A stretch of 64,000 nucleotides of DNA, taken from Auanema rhodensis. Lineage: Eukaryota; Animalia; Nematoda. The notes under the pieces were generated by a model. The model worked only from the letters and a program-made list of their open reading frames with translations, was not told the DNA's origin and searched no databases. Each line of letters starts with the position of its first letter. The stretch's first letter is position 1. A program made the position numbers and the translations under genes. Below are positions 11,628 through 25,900 of this stretch, in pieces. The stretch spans positions 15,500,001 to 15,564,000 of the forward strand of contig OZ059900.1 of NCBI GenBank assembly GCA_964057225.1, given 5' to 3'.

Positions 11628-14021
11628 TAGTGTTCAGCATGTAAAATGCTTCATTTTAGTATGTAACACGCTGAAATTCGTTGCATTTGACGACTCATAT
11701 GAACAAAAATCGATTTAATCAATATTAGCCATAAGGGGCGTGCCCTCAGAATATGCTAATTTCCTTAATTTTCTAACCCCTGTTTTTTTGTCGTGAAAGT
11801 GGAACTAGACGTTGTAGGAACAATTTTGAGCTAGGTTTCTTTGACATTGCATGAGTTTGAACACATGAAATCGTAAGTCAAAACCTTGTTTACAGCGAAA
11901 TTTCCAAAAACTGGTTTTCCAGCATAATAAAATATTTCTCATGGGAAATACTGTGTTTTTGTATTTTTCTAGCGTTCAGCATGTAAAATGCTTCATTTTA
12001 GTATGTAACACGCTGAAATTCGTTGCATTTGACGACTCATATGAACAAAAATCGATTTAATCAATATTAGCCATAAAGGGCGTGCTCTCAGAATATGCTA
12101 ATTTCCTTAATTTTCTAACCCCTGTTTTTTTGTCGTGAAAGTGGAACTAGACGTTGTAGGAACAATTTTGAGCTAGGTTTCAATGACATTGCATGAGTTT
12201 GAACACATGAAATCGTAAGTCAAAACCTTGTTTACAGCGAAATTTCCAAAAACTGGTTTTCCAGCATAATAAAATATTTCTCATGGGAAATACTGTGTTT
12301 TTGTATTTTTCTAGTGTTCAGCATGTAAAATGCTTCATTTTAGTATGTAACACGCTGAAATTCGTTGCATTTGACGACTCATATGAACAAAAATCGATTT
12401 AATCAATATTAGCCATAAGGGGCGTGCCCTCAGAATATGCTAATTTCCTTAATTTTCTAACCCCTGTTTTTTTGTCGTGAAAGTGGAACTAGACGTTGTA
12501 CGAACAATTTTGAGCTAGGTTTCATTGACATTGCATGAGTTTGAACACATGAAATCGTAAGTCAAAACCTTGTTTACAGCGAAATTTCCAAAAACTGGTT
12601 TTCCAGCATAATAAAATATTTCTCATGGGAAATACTGTGTTTTTGTATTTTTCTAGTGTTCAGCATGTAAAATGCTTCATTTTAGTATGTAACACGCTGA
12701 AATTCGTTGCATTTGACGACTCATATGAACAAAAATCGATTTAATCAATATTAGCCATAAAGGGCGTGCCCTCAGAATATGCTAATTTCCTTAATTTTCT
12801 AACCCCTGTTTTTTTGTCGTGAAAGTGGAACTAGACATTGTATTAACAATTTTGAGCTAGGTTTCATTGACATTGCATGAGTTTGAACACATGAAATCGT
12901 AAGTCAAAACCTTGTTTACAGCGAAATTTCCAAAAACTGGTTTTCCAGCATAATAAAATATTTCTCATGGGTATTACTGTGTTTTTGTATTTTTCTAGTG
13001 TTCAGCATGTAAAATGCTTCATTTTAGTATGTAACACGCTGAAATTCGTTGCATTTGACGACTCATATGAACAAAAATCGATTTAATCAATATTAGCCAT
13101 AAGGGGCGTGCCCTCAGAATATGCTAATTTCCTTAATTTTCTAACCCCTGTTTTTTTGTCGCGAAAGTGGAACTAGACGTTGTACGAACAATTTTGAGCT
13201 AGGTTTCATTGACATTGCATGAGTTTGAACACATGAAATCGTAAGTCAAAACCTTGTTTACAGCGAAATTTCCAAAAACTGGTTTTCCAGCATAATAAAA
13301 TATTTCTCATGGGAAATACTGTGTTTTTGTATTTTTCTAGTGTTCAGCATGTAAAATGCTTCATTTTAGTATGTAACACGCTGAAATTCGTTGCATTTGA
13401 CGACTCATATGAACAAAAATCGATTTAATCAATATTAGCCATAAGGGGCGTGCCCTCAGAATATGCTAATTTCCTTAATTTTCTAACCCCTGTTTTTTTG
13501 TCGTGAAAGTGGAACTAGACGTTGTAGGAACAATTTTGAGCTAGGTTTCTTTGACATTGCATGAGTTTGAACACATGAAATCGTAAGTCAAAACCTTGTT
13601 TACAGCGAAATTTCCAAAAACTGGTTTTCCAGCATAATAAAATATTTCTCATGGGAAATACTGTGTTTTTGTATTTTTCTAGCGTTCAGCATGTAAAATG
13701 CTTCATTTTAGTATGTAACACGCTGAAATTCGTTGCATTTGACGACTCATATGAACAAAAATCGATTTAATCAATATTAGCCATAAAGGGCGTGCTCTCA
13801 GAATATGCTAATTTCCTTAATTTTCTAACCCCTGTTTTTTTGTCGTGAAAGTGGAACTAGACGTTGTAGGAACAATTTTGAGCTAGGTTTCAATGACATT
13901 GCATGAGTTTGAACACATGAAATCGTAAGTCAAAACCTTGTTTACAGCGAAATTTCCAAAAACTGGTTTTCCAGCATAATAAAATATTTCTCATGGGAAA
14001 TACTATGTTTTTGTATTTTTC
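10602..14021 (+). repeat. Tandem duplication of a 5-monomer unit (period 1710 bp; M32-36 = M37-41)
   Basis: The series consensus / A-B-C haplotype / GTCGCG / GTAGGA+TTTCTTTG / TAGCGT+TGCTCT+TCAATG occurs twice in a row. The only difference I saw is TACTAT near 14005. Confidence 0.9.
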
Positions 14022-17000
14022 TAGTGTTCAGCATGTAAAATGCTTCATTTTAGTATGTAACACGCTGAAATTCGTTGCATTTGACGACTCATATGAACAA
14101 AAATCGATTTAATCAATATTAGCCATAAAGGGCGTGCCCTCAGAATATGCTAATTTCCTTAATTTTCTAACCCCGGTTTTTTTGTCGTGAAAGTGGAACT
14201 AGACGTTGTAGGAACAATTTTGAGCTAGGTTTCATTGACATTGCATGAGTTTGAACACATGAAATCGTAAGTCAAAACCTTGTTTACAGCGAAATTTCCA
14301 AAAACTGGTTTTCCAGCATAATAAAATATTTCTCATGGGAAATACTGTGTTTTTGTATTTTTCTAGTGTTCAGCATGTGAAATGCTTCATTTTAGTATGT
14401 AACACGCTGAAATTCGTTGCATTTGACGACTCATATGAACAAAAATCGATTTAATCAATATTAGCCATAAGGGGCGTGCCCTCAGAATATGCTAATTACC
14501 TTAATTTTCTAACCCCTGTTTTTTTGTCGTGAAAGTGGAACTAGACGTTGTAGGAACAATTTTGAGCTAGGTTTCATTGACATTGCATGAGTTTGAACAC
14601 ATGAAATCGTAAGTCAAAACCTTGTTTACAGCGAAATTTTCAAAAACTGGTTTTCCAGCATAATAAAATATTTCTCATGGGAAATACTGTGTTTTTGTAT
14701 TTTTCTAGTGTTCAGCATGTAAAATGCTTCATTTTAGTATGTAACACGCTGAAATTCGTTGCATTTGACGACTCATATGAACAAAAATCGATTTAATCAA
14801 TATTAGCCATAAGGGGCGTGCCCTCAGAATATGCTAATTACCTTAATTTTCTAACCCCTGTTTTTTTGTCGTGAAAGTGGAACTAGACGTTGTAGGAACA
14901 ATTTTGAGCTAGGTTTCATTGACATTGCATGAGTTTGAACACATGAAATCGTAAGTCAAAACCTTGTTTACAGCGAAATTTTCAAAAACTGGTTTTCCAG
15001 CATAATAAAATATTTCGCATGGGAAATACTGTGTTTTTGTATTTTTCTAGTGTTCAGCATGTAAAATGCTTCATTTTAGTATGTAACACGCTGAAATTCG
15101 TTGCATTTGACGACTCATATGAACAAAAATCGATTTAATCAATATTAGCCATAAGGGGCGTGCCCTCAGAATATGCTAATTTCCTTAATTTTCTAACCCC
15201 GGTTTTTTAGTCGTGAAAGTGGAACTAGACGTTGTAGGAACAATTTTGAGCTAGGTTTCATTGACATTGCATGAGTTTGAACACATGAAATCGTAAGTCA
15301 AAACCTTGTTTACAGCGAAATTTCCAAAAACTGGTTTTCCAGCATAATAAAATATTTCTCATGGGAAATACTGTGTTTTTGTATTTTTCTAGTGTTCAGC
15401 ATGTAAAATGCTTCATTTTAGTATGTAACACGCTGAAATTCGTTGCATTTGACGACTCATATAAACAAAAATCGATTTAATCAATATTAGCCATAAGGGG
15501 CGTGCCCTCAGAATATGCTAATTTCCTTAATTTTCTAACCCCGGTTTTTTTGTCGTGAAAGTGGAACTAGACGTTGTACGAACAATTTTGAGCTAGGTTT
15601 CATTGACTATGCATGAGTTTGAACACATGAAATCGTAAGTCAAAACCTTGTTTACAGCGAAATTTCCAAAAACTGGTTTTCCAGCATAATAAAATATTTC
15701 TCATGGGAAATACTGTGTTTTTGTATTTTTCTAGTGTTCAGCATGTAAAATGCTTCATTTTAGTATGTAACACGCTGAAATTCGTTGCATTTGACGACTC
15801 ATATGAACAAAAATCGATTTAATCAATATTAGCCATAAGGGGCGTGCCCTCAGAATATGCTAATTTCCTTAATTTTCTAACCCCTGTTTTTTTGTCGTGA
15901 AAGTGGAACTAGACGTTGTACGAACAATTTTGAGCTAGGTTTTATTGACATTGCATGAGTTTGAACACATGAAATCGTAAGTCAAAACCTTGTTTACAGC
16001 GAAATTTCCAAAAACTGGTTTTCCAGCATAATAAAATATTTCTCATGGGAAATACTGTGTTTTTGTATTTTTCTAGCGTTCAGCATGTAAAATGCTTCAT
16101 TTTAGTATGTAACACGCTGAATATCGTTGCATTTGACGACTCATATGAACAAAAATCGATTTAATCAATATTAGCCATAAGGGGCGTGCCCTCAGAATAT
16201 GCTAATTTCCTTAATTTTCTAACCCCTGTTTTTTTGTCGTGAAAGTGGAACTAGACGTTGTAGGAACAATTTTGAGCTAGGTTTCATTGACATTGCATGA
16301 GTTTGAACACATGAAATCGTAAGTCAAAACCTTGTTTACAGCGAAATTTCCAAAAACTGGTTTTCCAGCATAATAAAATATTTCTCATGGGAAATACTGT
16401 GTTTTTGTATTTTTCTAGTGTTCAGCATGTAAAATGCTTCATTTTAGTATGTAACACGCTGAAATTCGTTGCATTTGACGACTCATATGAACAAAAATCG
16501 ATTTAATCAATATTAGCCATAAGGGGCGTGCCCTCAGAATATGCTAATTTCCTTAATTTTCTAACCCCTGTTTTTTTGTCGTGAAAGTGGAACTAGACGT
16601 TGTACGAACAATTTTGAGCTAGGTTTCATTGACATTGCATGAGTTTGAACACATGAAATCGTAAGTCAAAACCTTGTTTACAGCGAAATTTCCAAAAACT
16701 GGTTTTCCAGCATAATAAAATATTTCTCATGGGAAATACTGTGTTTTTGTATTTTTCTAGTGTTCAGCATGTAAAATGCTTCATTTTAGTATATAACACG
16801 CTGAAATTCGTTGCATTTGACGACTCATATGAACAAAAATCGATTTAATCAATATTAGCCATAAGGGGCGTGCCCTCAGAATATGCTAATTTCCTTAATT
16901 TTCTAACACCTGTTTTTTTGTCGTGAAAGTGGAACTAGACGTTGTACGAACAATTTTGAGCTAGGTTTCATTGACATTGCATGAGTTTGAACACATGAAA

Positions 17001-20000
17001 TCGTAAGTCAAAACCTTGTTTACAGCGAAATTTCCAAAAACTGGTTTTCCAGCATAATAAAATATTTCTCATGGGTATTACTGTGTTTTTGTATTTTTCT
17101 AGCGTTCAGCATGTAAAATGCTTCATTTTAGTATGTAACACGCTGAAATTCGTTGCATTTGACGACTCATATGAACAAAAATCGATTTAATCAATATTAG
17201 CCATAAAGGGCGTGCTCTCAGAATATGCTAATTTCCTTAATTTTCTAACCCCTGTTTTTTTGTCGTGAAAGTGGAACTAGACGTTGTAGGAACAATTTTG
17301 AGCTAGGTTTCATTGACATTGCATGAGTTTGAACACATGAAATCGTAAGTCAAAACCTTGTTTACAGCGAAATTTCCAAAAACTGGTTTTCCAGCATAAT
17401 AAAATATTTCTCATGGGAAATACTGTGTTTTTGTATTTTTCTAGCGTTCAGCATGTAAAATGCTTCATTTTAGTATGTGACACGCTGAAATTCGTTGCAT
17501 TTGACGACTCATATGAACAAAAATCGATTTAATCAATATTAGCCATAAGGGGCGTGCCCTCAGAATATGCTAATTTCCTTAATTTTCTAACACCTGTTTT
17601 TTTGTCGTGAAAGTGGAACTAGACGTTGTACGAACAATTTTGAGCTAGGTTTCATTGACATTGCATGAGTTTGAACACATGAAATCGTAAGTCAAAACCT
17701 TGTTTACAGCGAAATTTCCAAAAACTGGTTTTCCAGCATAATAAAATATTTCTCATGGGTATTACTGTGTTTTTGTATTTTTCTAGCGTTCAGCATGTAA
17801 AATGCTTTATTTTAGTATGTAACACGCTGAAATTCGTTGCATTTGACGACTCATATGAACAAAAATCGATTTAATCAATATTAGCCATAAAGGGCGTGCT
17901 CTCAGAATATGCTAATTTCCTTAATTTTCTAACCCCTGTTTTTTTGTCGTGAAAGTGGAACTAGACGTTGTAGGAACAATTTTGAGCTAGGTTTCATTAA
18001 CATTGCATGAGTTTGAACACATGAAATCGTAAGTCAAAACCTTGTTTACAGCGAAATTTCCAAAAACTGGTTTTCCAGCATAATAAAATATTTCTCATGG
18101 GAAATACTGTGTTTTTGTATTTTTCTAGCGTTCAGCATGTAAAATGCTTCATTTTAGTATGTGACACGCTGAAATTCGTTGCATTTGACGACTCATATGA
18201 ACAAAAATCGATTTAATCAATATTAGCCATAAGGGGCGTGCCCTCAGAATATGCTAATTTCCTTAATTTTCTAACCCCTGTTTTTTTGTCGTGAAAGTGG
18301 AACTAGACGTTGTACGAACAATTTTGAGCTAGGTTTCATTGACATTGCATGAGTTTGAACACATGAAATCGTAAGTCAAAACCTTGTTTACAGCGAAATT
18401 TCCAAAAACTGGTTTTCCAGCATAATAAAATATTTCTCATGGGAAATACTGTGTTTTTGTATTTTTCTAGTGTTCAGCATGTAAAATGCTTCATTTTAGT
18501 ATGTAACACGCTGAAATTCGTTGCATTTGACGACTCATATGAACAAAAATCGATTTAATCAATATTAGCCATAAGGGGCGTGCCCTCAGAATATGCTAAT
18601 TTCCTTAATTTTCTAACCCCTGTTTTTTTGTCGTGAAAGTGGAACTAGACGTTGTACGAACAATTTTGAGCTGGGTTTCATTGACATTGCATGAGTTTGA
18701 ACACATGAAATCGTAAGTCAAAACCTTGTTTACAGCGAAATTTCCAAAAACTGGTTTTCCAGCATAATAAAATATTTCTCATGGGAAATACTGTGTTTTT
18801 GTATTTTTCTAGTGTTCAGCATGTAAAATGCTTCATTTTAGTATGTAACACGCTGAAATTCGTTGCATTTGACGACTCATATGAACAAAAATCGATTTAA
18901 TCAATATTAGCCATAAGGGGCGTGCCCTCAGAATATGCTAATTTCCTTAATTTTCTAACCCCTGTTTTTTAGTCGTGAAAGTGGAACTAGACGTTGTACG
19001 AACAATTTTGAGCTAGGTTTCATTGACATTGCATGAGTTTGAACACATGAAATCGTAAGTCAAAACCTTGTTTACAGCGAAATTTCCAAAAACTGGTTTT
19101 CCAGCATAATAAAATATTTCTCATGGGAAATACTGTGTTTTTGTATTTTTCTAGTGTTCAGCATGTAAAATGCTTCATTTTAGTATGTAACACGCTGAAA
19201 TTCGTTGCATTTGACGACTCATATGAACAAAAATCGATTTAATCAATATTAGCTATAAAGGGCGTGCCCTCAGAATATGCTAATTTCCTTAATTTTCTAA
19301 CCCCGGTTTTTTTGTCGTGAAAGTGGAACTAGACGTTGTAGGAACAATTTTGAGCTAGGTTTCATTGACATTGCATGAGTTTGAACACATGAAATCGTAA
19401 GTCAAAACCTTGTTTACAGCGAAATTTTCAAAAACTGGTTTTCCAGCATAATAAAATATTTCTCATGGGAAATACTGTGTTTTTGTATTTTTCTAGTGTT
19501 CAGCATGTAAAATGCTTCATTTTAGTATGTAACACGCTGAAATTCGTTGCATTTGACGACTCATATGAACAAAAATCGATTTAATCAATATTAGCCATAA
19601 GGGGCGTGCCCTCAGAATATGCTAATTTCCTTAATTTTCTAACCCCTGTTTTTTTGTCGTGAAAGTGGAACTAGACGTTGTACGAACAATTTTGAGCTAG
19701 GTTTCATTGACATTGCATGAGTTTGAACACATGAAATCGTAAGTCAAAACCTTGTTTACAGCGAAATTTCCAAAAACTGGTTTTCCAGCATAATAAAATA
19801 TTTCTCATGGGAAATACTGTGTTTTTGTATTTTTCTAGTGTTCAGCATGTAAAATGCTTCATTTTAGTATGTAACACGCTGAAATTCGTTGCATTTGACG
19901 ACTCATATGAACAAAAATCGATTTAATCAATATTAGCCATAAGGGGCGTGCCCTCAGAATATGCTAATTTCCTTAATTTTCTAACCCCTGTTTTTTTGTC

Positions 20001-22913
20001 GTGAAAGTGGAACTAGACGTTGTACGAACAATTTTGAGCTGGGTTTCATTGACATTGCATGAGTTTGAACACATGAAATCGTAAGTCAAAACCTTGTTTA
20101 CAGCGAAATTTCCAAAAACTGGTTTTCCAGCATAATAAAATATTTCTCATGGGAAATACTGTGTTTTTGTATTTTTCTAGTGTTCAGCATGTAAAATGCT
20201 TCATTTTAGTATGTAACACGCTGAAATTCGTTGCATTTGACGACTCATATGAACAAAAATCGATTTAATCAATATTAGCCATAAGGGGCGTGCCCTCAGA
20301 ATATGCTAATTTCCTTAATTTTCTAACCCCTGTTTTTTAGTCGTGAAAGTGGAACTAGACGTTGTACGAACAATTTTGAGCTAGGTTTCATTGACATTGC
20401 ATGAGTTTGAACACATGAAATCGTAAGTCAAAACCTTGTTTACAGCGAAATTTCCAAAAACTGGTTTTCCAGCATAATAAAATATTTCTCATGGGAAATA
20501 CTGTGTTTTTGTATTTTTCTAGTGTTCAGCATGTAAAATGCTTCATTTTAGTATGTAACACGCTGAAATTCGTTGCATTTGACGACTCATATGAACAAAA
20601 ATCGATTTAATCAATATTAGCCATAAGGGGCGTGCCCTCAGAATATGCTAATTTCCTTAATTTTCTAACCCCTGTTTTTTTGTCGTGAAAGTGGAACTAG
20701 ACGTTGTACGAACAATTTTGAGCTAGGTTTCATTGACATTGCATGAGTTTGAACACATGAAATCGTAAGTCAAAACCTTGTTTACAGCGAAATTTCCAAA
20801 AACTGGTTTTCCAGCATAATAAAATATTTCTCATGGGTATTACTGTGTTTTTGTATTTTTCTAGTGTTCAGCATGTAAAATGCTTCATTTTAGTATGTAA
20901 CACGCTGAAATTCGTTGCATTTGACGACTCATATGAACAAAAATCGATTTAATCAATATTAGCCATAAGGGGCGTGCCCTCAGAATATGCTAATTTCCTT
21001 AATTTTCTAACCCCTGTTTTTTTGTCGTGAAAGTGGAACTAGACGTTGTACGAACAATTTTGAGCTAGGTTTCATTGACATTGCATGAGTTTGAACACAT
21101 GAAATCGTAAGTCAAAACCTTGTTTACAGCGAAATTTCCAAAAACTGGTTTTCCAGCATAATAAAATATTTCTCATGGGAAATACTGTGTTTTTGTATTT
21201 TTCTAGTGTTCAGCATGTAAAATGCTTCATTTTAGTATGTAACACGCTGAATATCGTTGCATTTGACGACTCATATGAACAAAAATCGATTTAATCAATA
21301 TTAGCCATAAGGGGCGTGCCCTCAGAATATGCTAATTTCCTTAATTTTCTAACCCCTGTTTTTTTGTCGTGAAAGTGGAACTAGACGTTGTACGAACAAT
21401 TTTGAGCTAGGTTTCATTGACATTGCATGAGTTTGAACACATGAAATCGTAAGTCAAAACCTTGTTTACAGCGAAATTTCCAAAAACTGGTTTTCCAGCA
21501 TAATAAAATATTTCTCATGGGAAATACTGTGTTTTTGTATTTTTCTAGTGTTCAGCATGTGAAATGCTTCATTTTAGTATGTAACACGCTGAAATTCGTT
21601 GCATTTGACGACTCATATGAACAAAAATCGATTTAATCAATATTAGCCATAAAGGGCGTGCCCTCAGAATATGCTAATTTCCTTAATTTTCTAACCCCTG
21701 TTTTTTTGTCGTGAAAGTGGAACTAGACGTTGTAGGAACAATTTTGAGCTAGGTTTCATTGACATTGCATGAGTTTGAACACATGAAATCGTAAGTCAAA
21801 ACCTTGTTTACAGCGAAATTTCCAAAAACTGGTTTTCCAGCATAATAAAATATTTCTCATGGGAAATACTGTGTTTTTGTATTTTTCTAGTGTTCAGCAT
21901 GTAAAATGCTTCATTTTAGTATATAACACGCTGAAATTCGTTGCATTTGACGACTCATATGAACAAAAATCGATTTAATCAATATTAGCCATAAGGGGCG
22001 TGCCCTCAGAATATGCTAATTTCCTTAATTTTCTAACCCCTGTTTTTTTGTCGTGAAAGTGGAACTAGACGTTGTACGAACAATTTTGAGCTAGGTTTCA
22101 TTGACATTGCATGAGTTTGAACACATGAAATCGTAAGTCAAAACCTTGTTTACAGCGAAATTTCCAAAAACTGGTTTTCCAGCATAATAAAATATTTCTC
22201 ATGGGTATTACTGTGTTTTTGTATTTTTCTAGTGTTCAGCATGTAAAATGCTTCATTTTAGTATGTAACACGCTGAAATTCGTTGCATTTGACGACTCAT
22301 ATGAACAAAAATCGATTTAATCAATATTAGCCATAAGGGGCGTGCCCTCAGAATATGCTAATTTCCTTAATTTTCTAACCCCTGTTTTTTTGTCGTGAAA
22401 GTGGAACTAGACGTTGTAGGAACAATTTTGAGCTAGGTTTCATTGACATTGCATGAGTTTGAACACATGAAATCGTAAGTCAAAACCTTGTTTACAGCGA
22501 AATTTTCAAAAACTGGTTTTCCAGCATAATAAAATATTTCTCATGGGAAATACTGTGTTTTTGTATTTTTCTAGTGTTCAGCATGTAAAATGCTTCATTT
22601 TAGTACGTAACACGCTGAAATTCGTTGCATTTGACGACTCATATGAACAAAAATCGATTTAATCAATATTAGCCATAAGGGGCGTGCCCTCAGAATATGC
22701 TAATTTCCTTAATTTTCTAACCCCTGTTTTTTTGTCGTGAAAGTGGAACTAGACGTTGTACGAACAATTTTGAGCTAGGTTTCATTGACATTGCATGAGT
22801 TTGAACACATGAAATCGTAAGTCAAAACCTTGTTTACAGCGAAATTTCCAAAAACTGGTTTTCCAGCATAATAAAATATTTCTCATGGGAAATACTGTGT
22901 TTTTGTATTTTTC

Positions 22914-25900
22914 TAGTGTTCAGCATGTAAAATGCTTCATTTTAGTATGTAACACGCTGAAATTCGTTGCATTTGACGACTCATATGAACAAAAATCGAT
23001 TTAATCAATATTAGCCATAAGGGGCGTGCCCTCAGAATATGCTAATTTCCTTAATTTTCTAACCCCTGTTTTTTTGTCGTGAAAGTGGAACTAGACGTTG
23101 TACGAACAATTTTGAGCTGGGTTTCATTGACATTGCATGAGTTTGAACACATGAAATCGTAAGTCAAAACCTTGTTTACAGCGAAATTTCCAAAAACTGG
23201 TTTTCCAGCATAATAAAATATTTCTCATGGGAAATACTGTGTTTTTGTATTTTTCTAGTGTTCAGCATGTAAAATGCTTCATTTTAGTATGTAACACGCT
23301 GAAATTCGTTGCATTTGACGACTCATATGAACAAAAATCGATTTAATCAATATTAGCCATAAGGGGCGTGCCCTCAGAATATGCTAATTTCCTTAATTTT
23401 CTAACCCCTGTTTTTTAAACGTGAAAGTGGAACTAGACGTTGTACGAACAATTTTGAGCTAGGTTTCATTGACATTGCATGAGTTTGAACACATGAAATC
23501 GTAAGTCAAAACCTTGTTTACAGCGAAATTTCCAAAAACTGGTTTTCCAGCATAATAAAATATTTCTCATGGGAAATACTGTGTTTTTGTATTTTTCTAG
23601 TGTTCAGCATGTAAAATGCTTCATTTTAGTATGTAACACGCTGAAATTCGTTGCATTTGACGACTCATATGAACAAAAATCGATTTAATCAATATTAGCC
23701 ATAAAGGGCGTGCCCTCAGAATATGCTAATTTCCTTAATTTTCTAACCCCGGTTTTTTTGTCGTGAAAGTGGAACTAGACGTTGTAGGAACAATTTTGAG
23801 CTAGGTTTCATTGACATTGCATGAGTTTGTACACATGAAATCGTAAGTCAAAACCTTGTTTACAGCGAAATTTTCAAAAACTGGTTTTCCAGCATAATAA
23901 AATATTTCTCATGGGAAATACTGTGTTTTTGTATTTTTCTAGTGTTCAGCATGTAAAATGCTTCATTTTAGTATGTAACACGCTGAAATTCGTTGCATTT
24001 GACGACTCATATGAACAAAAATCGATTTAATCAATATTAGCCATAAGGGGCGTGCCCTCAGAATATGCTAATTTCCTTAATTTTCTAACCCCTGTTTTTT
24101 TGTCGTGAAAGTGGAACTAGACGTTGTACGAACAATTTTGAGCTAGGTTTCATTGACATTGCATGAGTTTGAACACATGAAATCGTAAGTCAAAACCTTG
24201 TTTACAGCGAAATTTCCAAAAACTGGTTTTCCAGCATAATAAAATATTTCTCATGGGAAATACTGTGTTTTCGTATTTTTCTAGTGTTCAGCATGTAAAA
24301 TGCTTCATTTTAGTATGTAACACGCTGAAATTCGTTGCATTTGACGACTCATATGAACAAAAATCGATTTAATCAATATTAGCCATAAGGGGCGTGCCCT
24401 CAGAATATGCTAATTTCCTTAATTTTCTAACCCCTGTTTTTTTGTCGTGAAAGTAGAACTAGACGTTGTACGAACAATTTTGAGCTGGGTTTCATTGACA
24501 TTGCATGAGTTTGAACACATGAAATCGTAAGTCAAAACCTTGTTTACAGCGAAATTTCCAAAAACTGGTTTTCCAGCATAATAAAATATTTCTCATGGGA
24601 AATACTGTGTTTTTGTATTTTTCTAGTGTTCAGCATGTAAAATGCTTCATTTTAGTATGTAACACGCTGAAATTCGTTGCATTTGACGACTCATATGAAC
24701 AAAAATCGATTTAATCAATATTAGCCATAAGGGGCGTGCCCTCAGAATATGCTAATTTCCTTAATTTTCTAACCCCTGTTTTTTTGTCGTGAAAGTGGAA
24801 CTAGACGTTGTACGAACAATTTTGAGCTGGGTTTCATTGACATTGCATGAGTTTGAACACATGAAATTGTAAGTCAAAACCTTGTTTACAGCGAAATTTC
24901 CAAAAACTGGTTTTCCAGCATAATAAAATATTTCTCATGGGAAATACTGTGTTTTTGTATTTTTCTAGTGTTCAGCATGTAAAATGCTTCATTTTAGTAT
25001 GTAACACGCTGAAATTCGTTGCATTTGACGACTCATATGAACAAAAATCGATTTAATCAATATTAGCCATAAAGGGCGTGCCCTCAGAATATGCTAATTT
25101 CCTTAATTTTCTAACCCCTGTTTTTTTGTCGTGAAAGTGGAACTAGACATTGTATTAACAATTTTGAGCTAGGTTTCATTGACATTGCATGAGTTTGAAC
25201 ACATGAAATCGTAAGTCAAAACCTTGTTTACAGCGAAATTTCCAAAAACTGGTTTTCCAGCATAATAAAATATTTCTCATGGGTATTACTGTGTTTTTGT
25301 ATTTTTCTAGTGTTCAGCATGTAAAATGCTTCATTTTAGTATGTAACACGCTGAAATTCGTTGCATTTGACGACTCATATGAACAAAAATCGATTTAATC
25401 AATATTAGCCATAAGGGGCGTGCCCTCAGAATATGCTAATTTCCTTAATTTTCTAACCCCTGTTTTTTTGTCGTGAAAGTGGAACTAGACGTTGTACGAA
25501 CAATTTTGAGCTAGGTTTCATTGACATTGCATGAGTTTGAACACATGAAATCGTAAGTCAAAACCTTGTTTACAGCGAAATTTCCAAAAACTGGTTTTCC
25601 AGCATAATAAAATATTTCTCATGGGAAATACTGTGTTTTTGTTTTTTTCTAGTGTTCAGCATGTAAAATGCTTCATTTTAGTATGTAACACGCTGAAATT
25701 CGTTGCATTTGACGACTCATATGAACAAAAATCGATTTAATCAATATTAGCCATAAGGGGCGTGCCCTCAGAATATGCTAATTTCCTTAATTTTCTAACC
25801 CCTGTTTTTTTGTCGTGAAAGTGGAACCAGACGTTGTACGAACAATTTTGAGCTAGGTTTCATTGACATTGCATGAGTTTGAACACATGAAATCGTAAGT

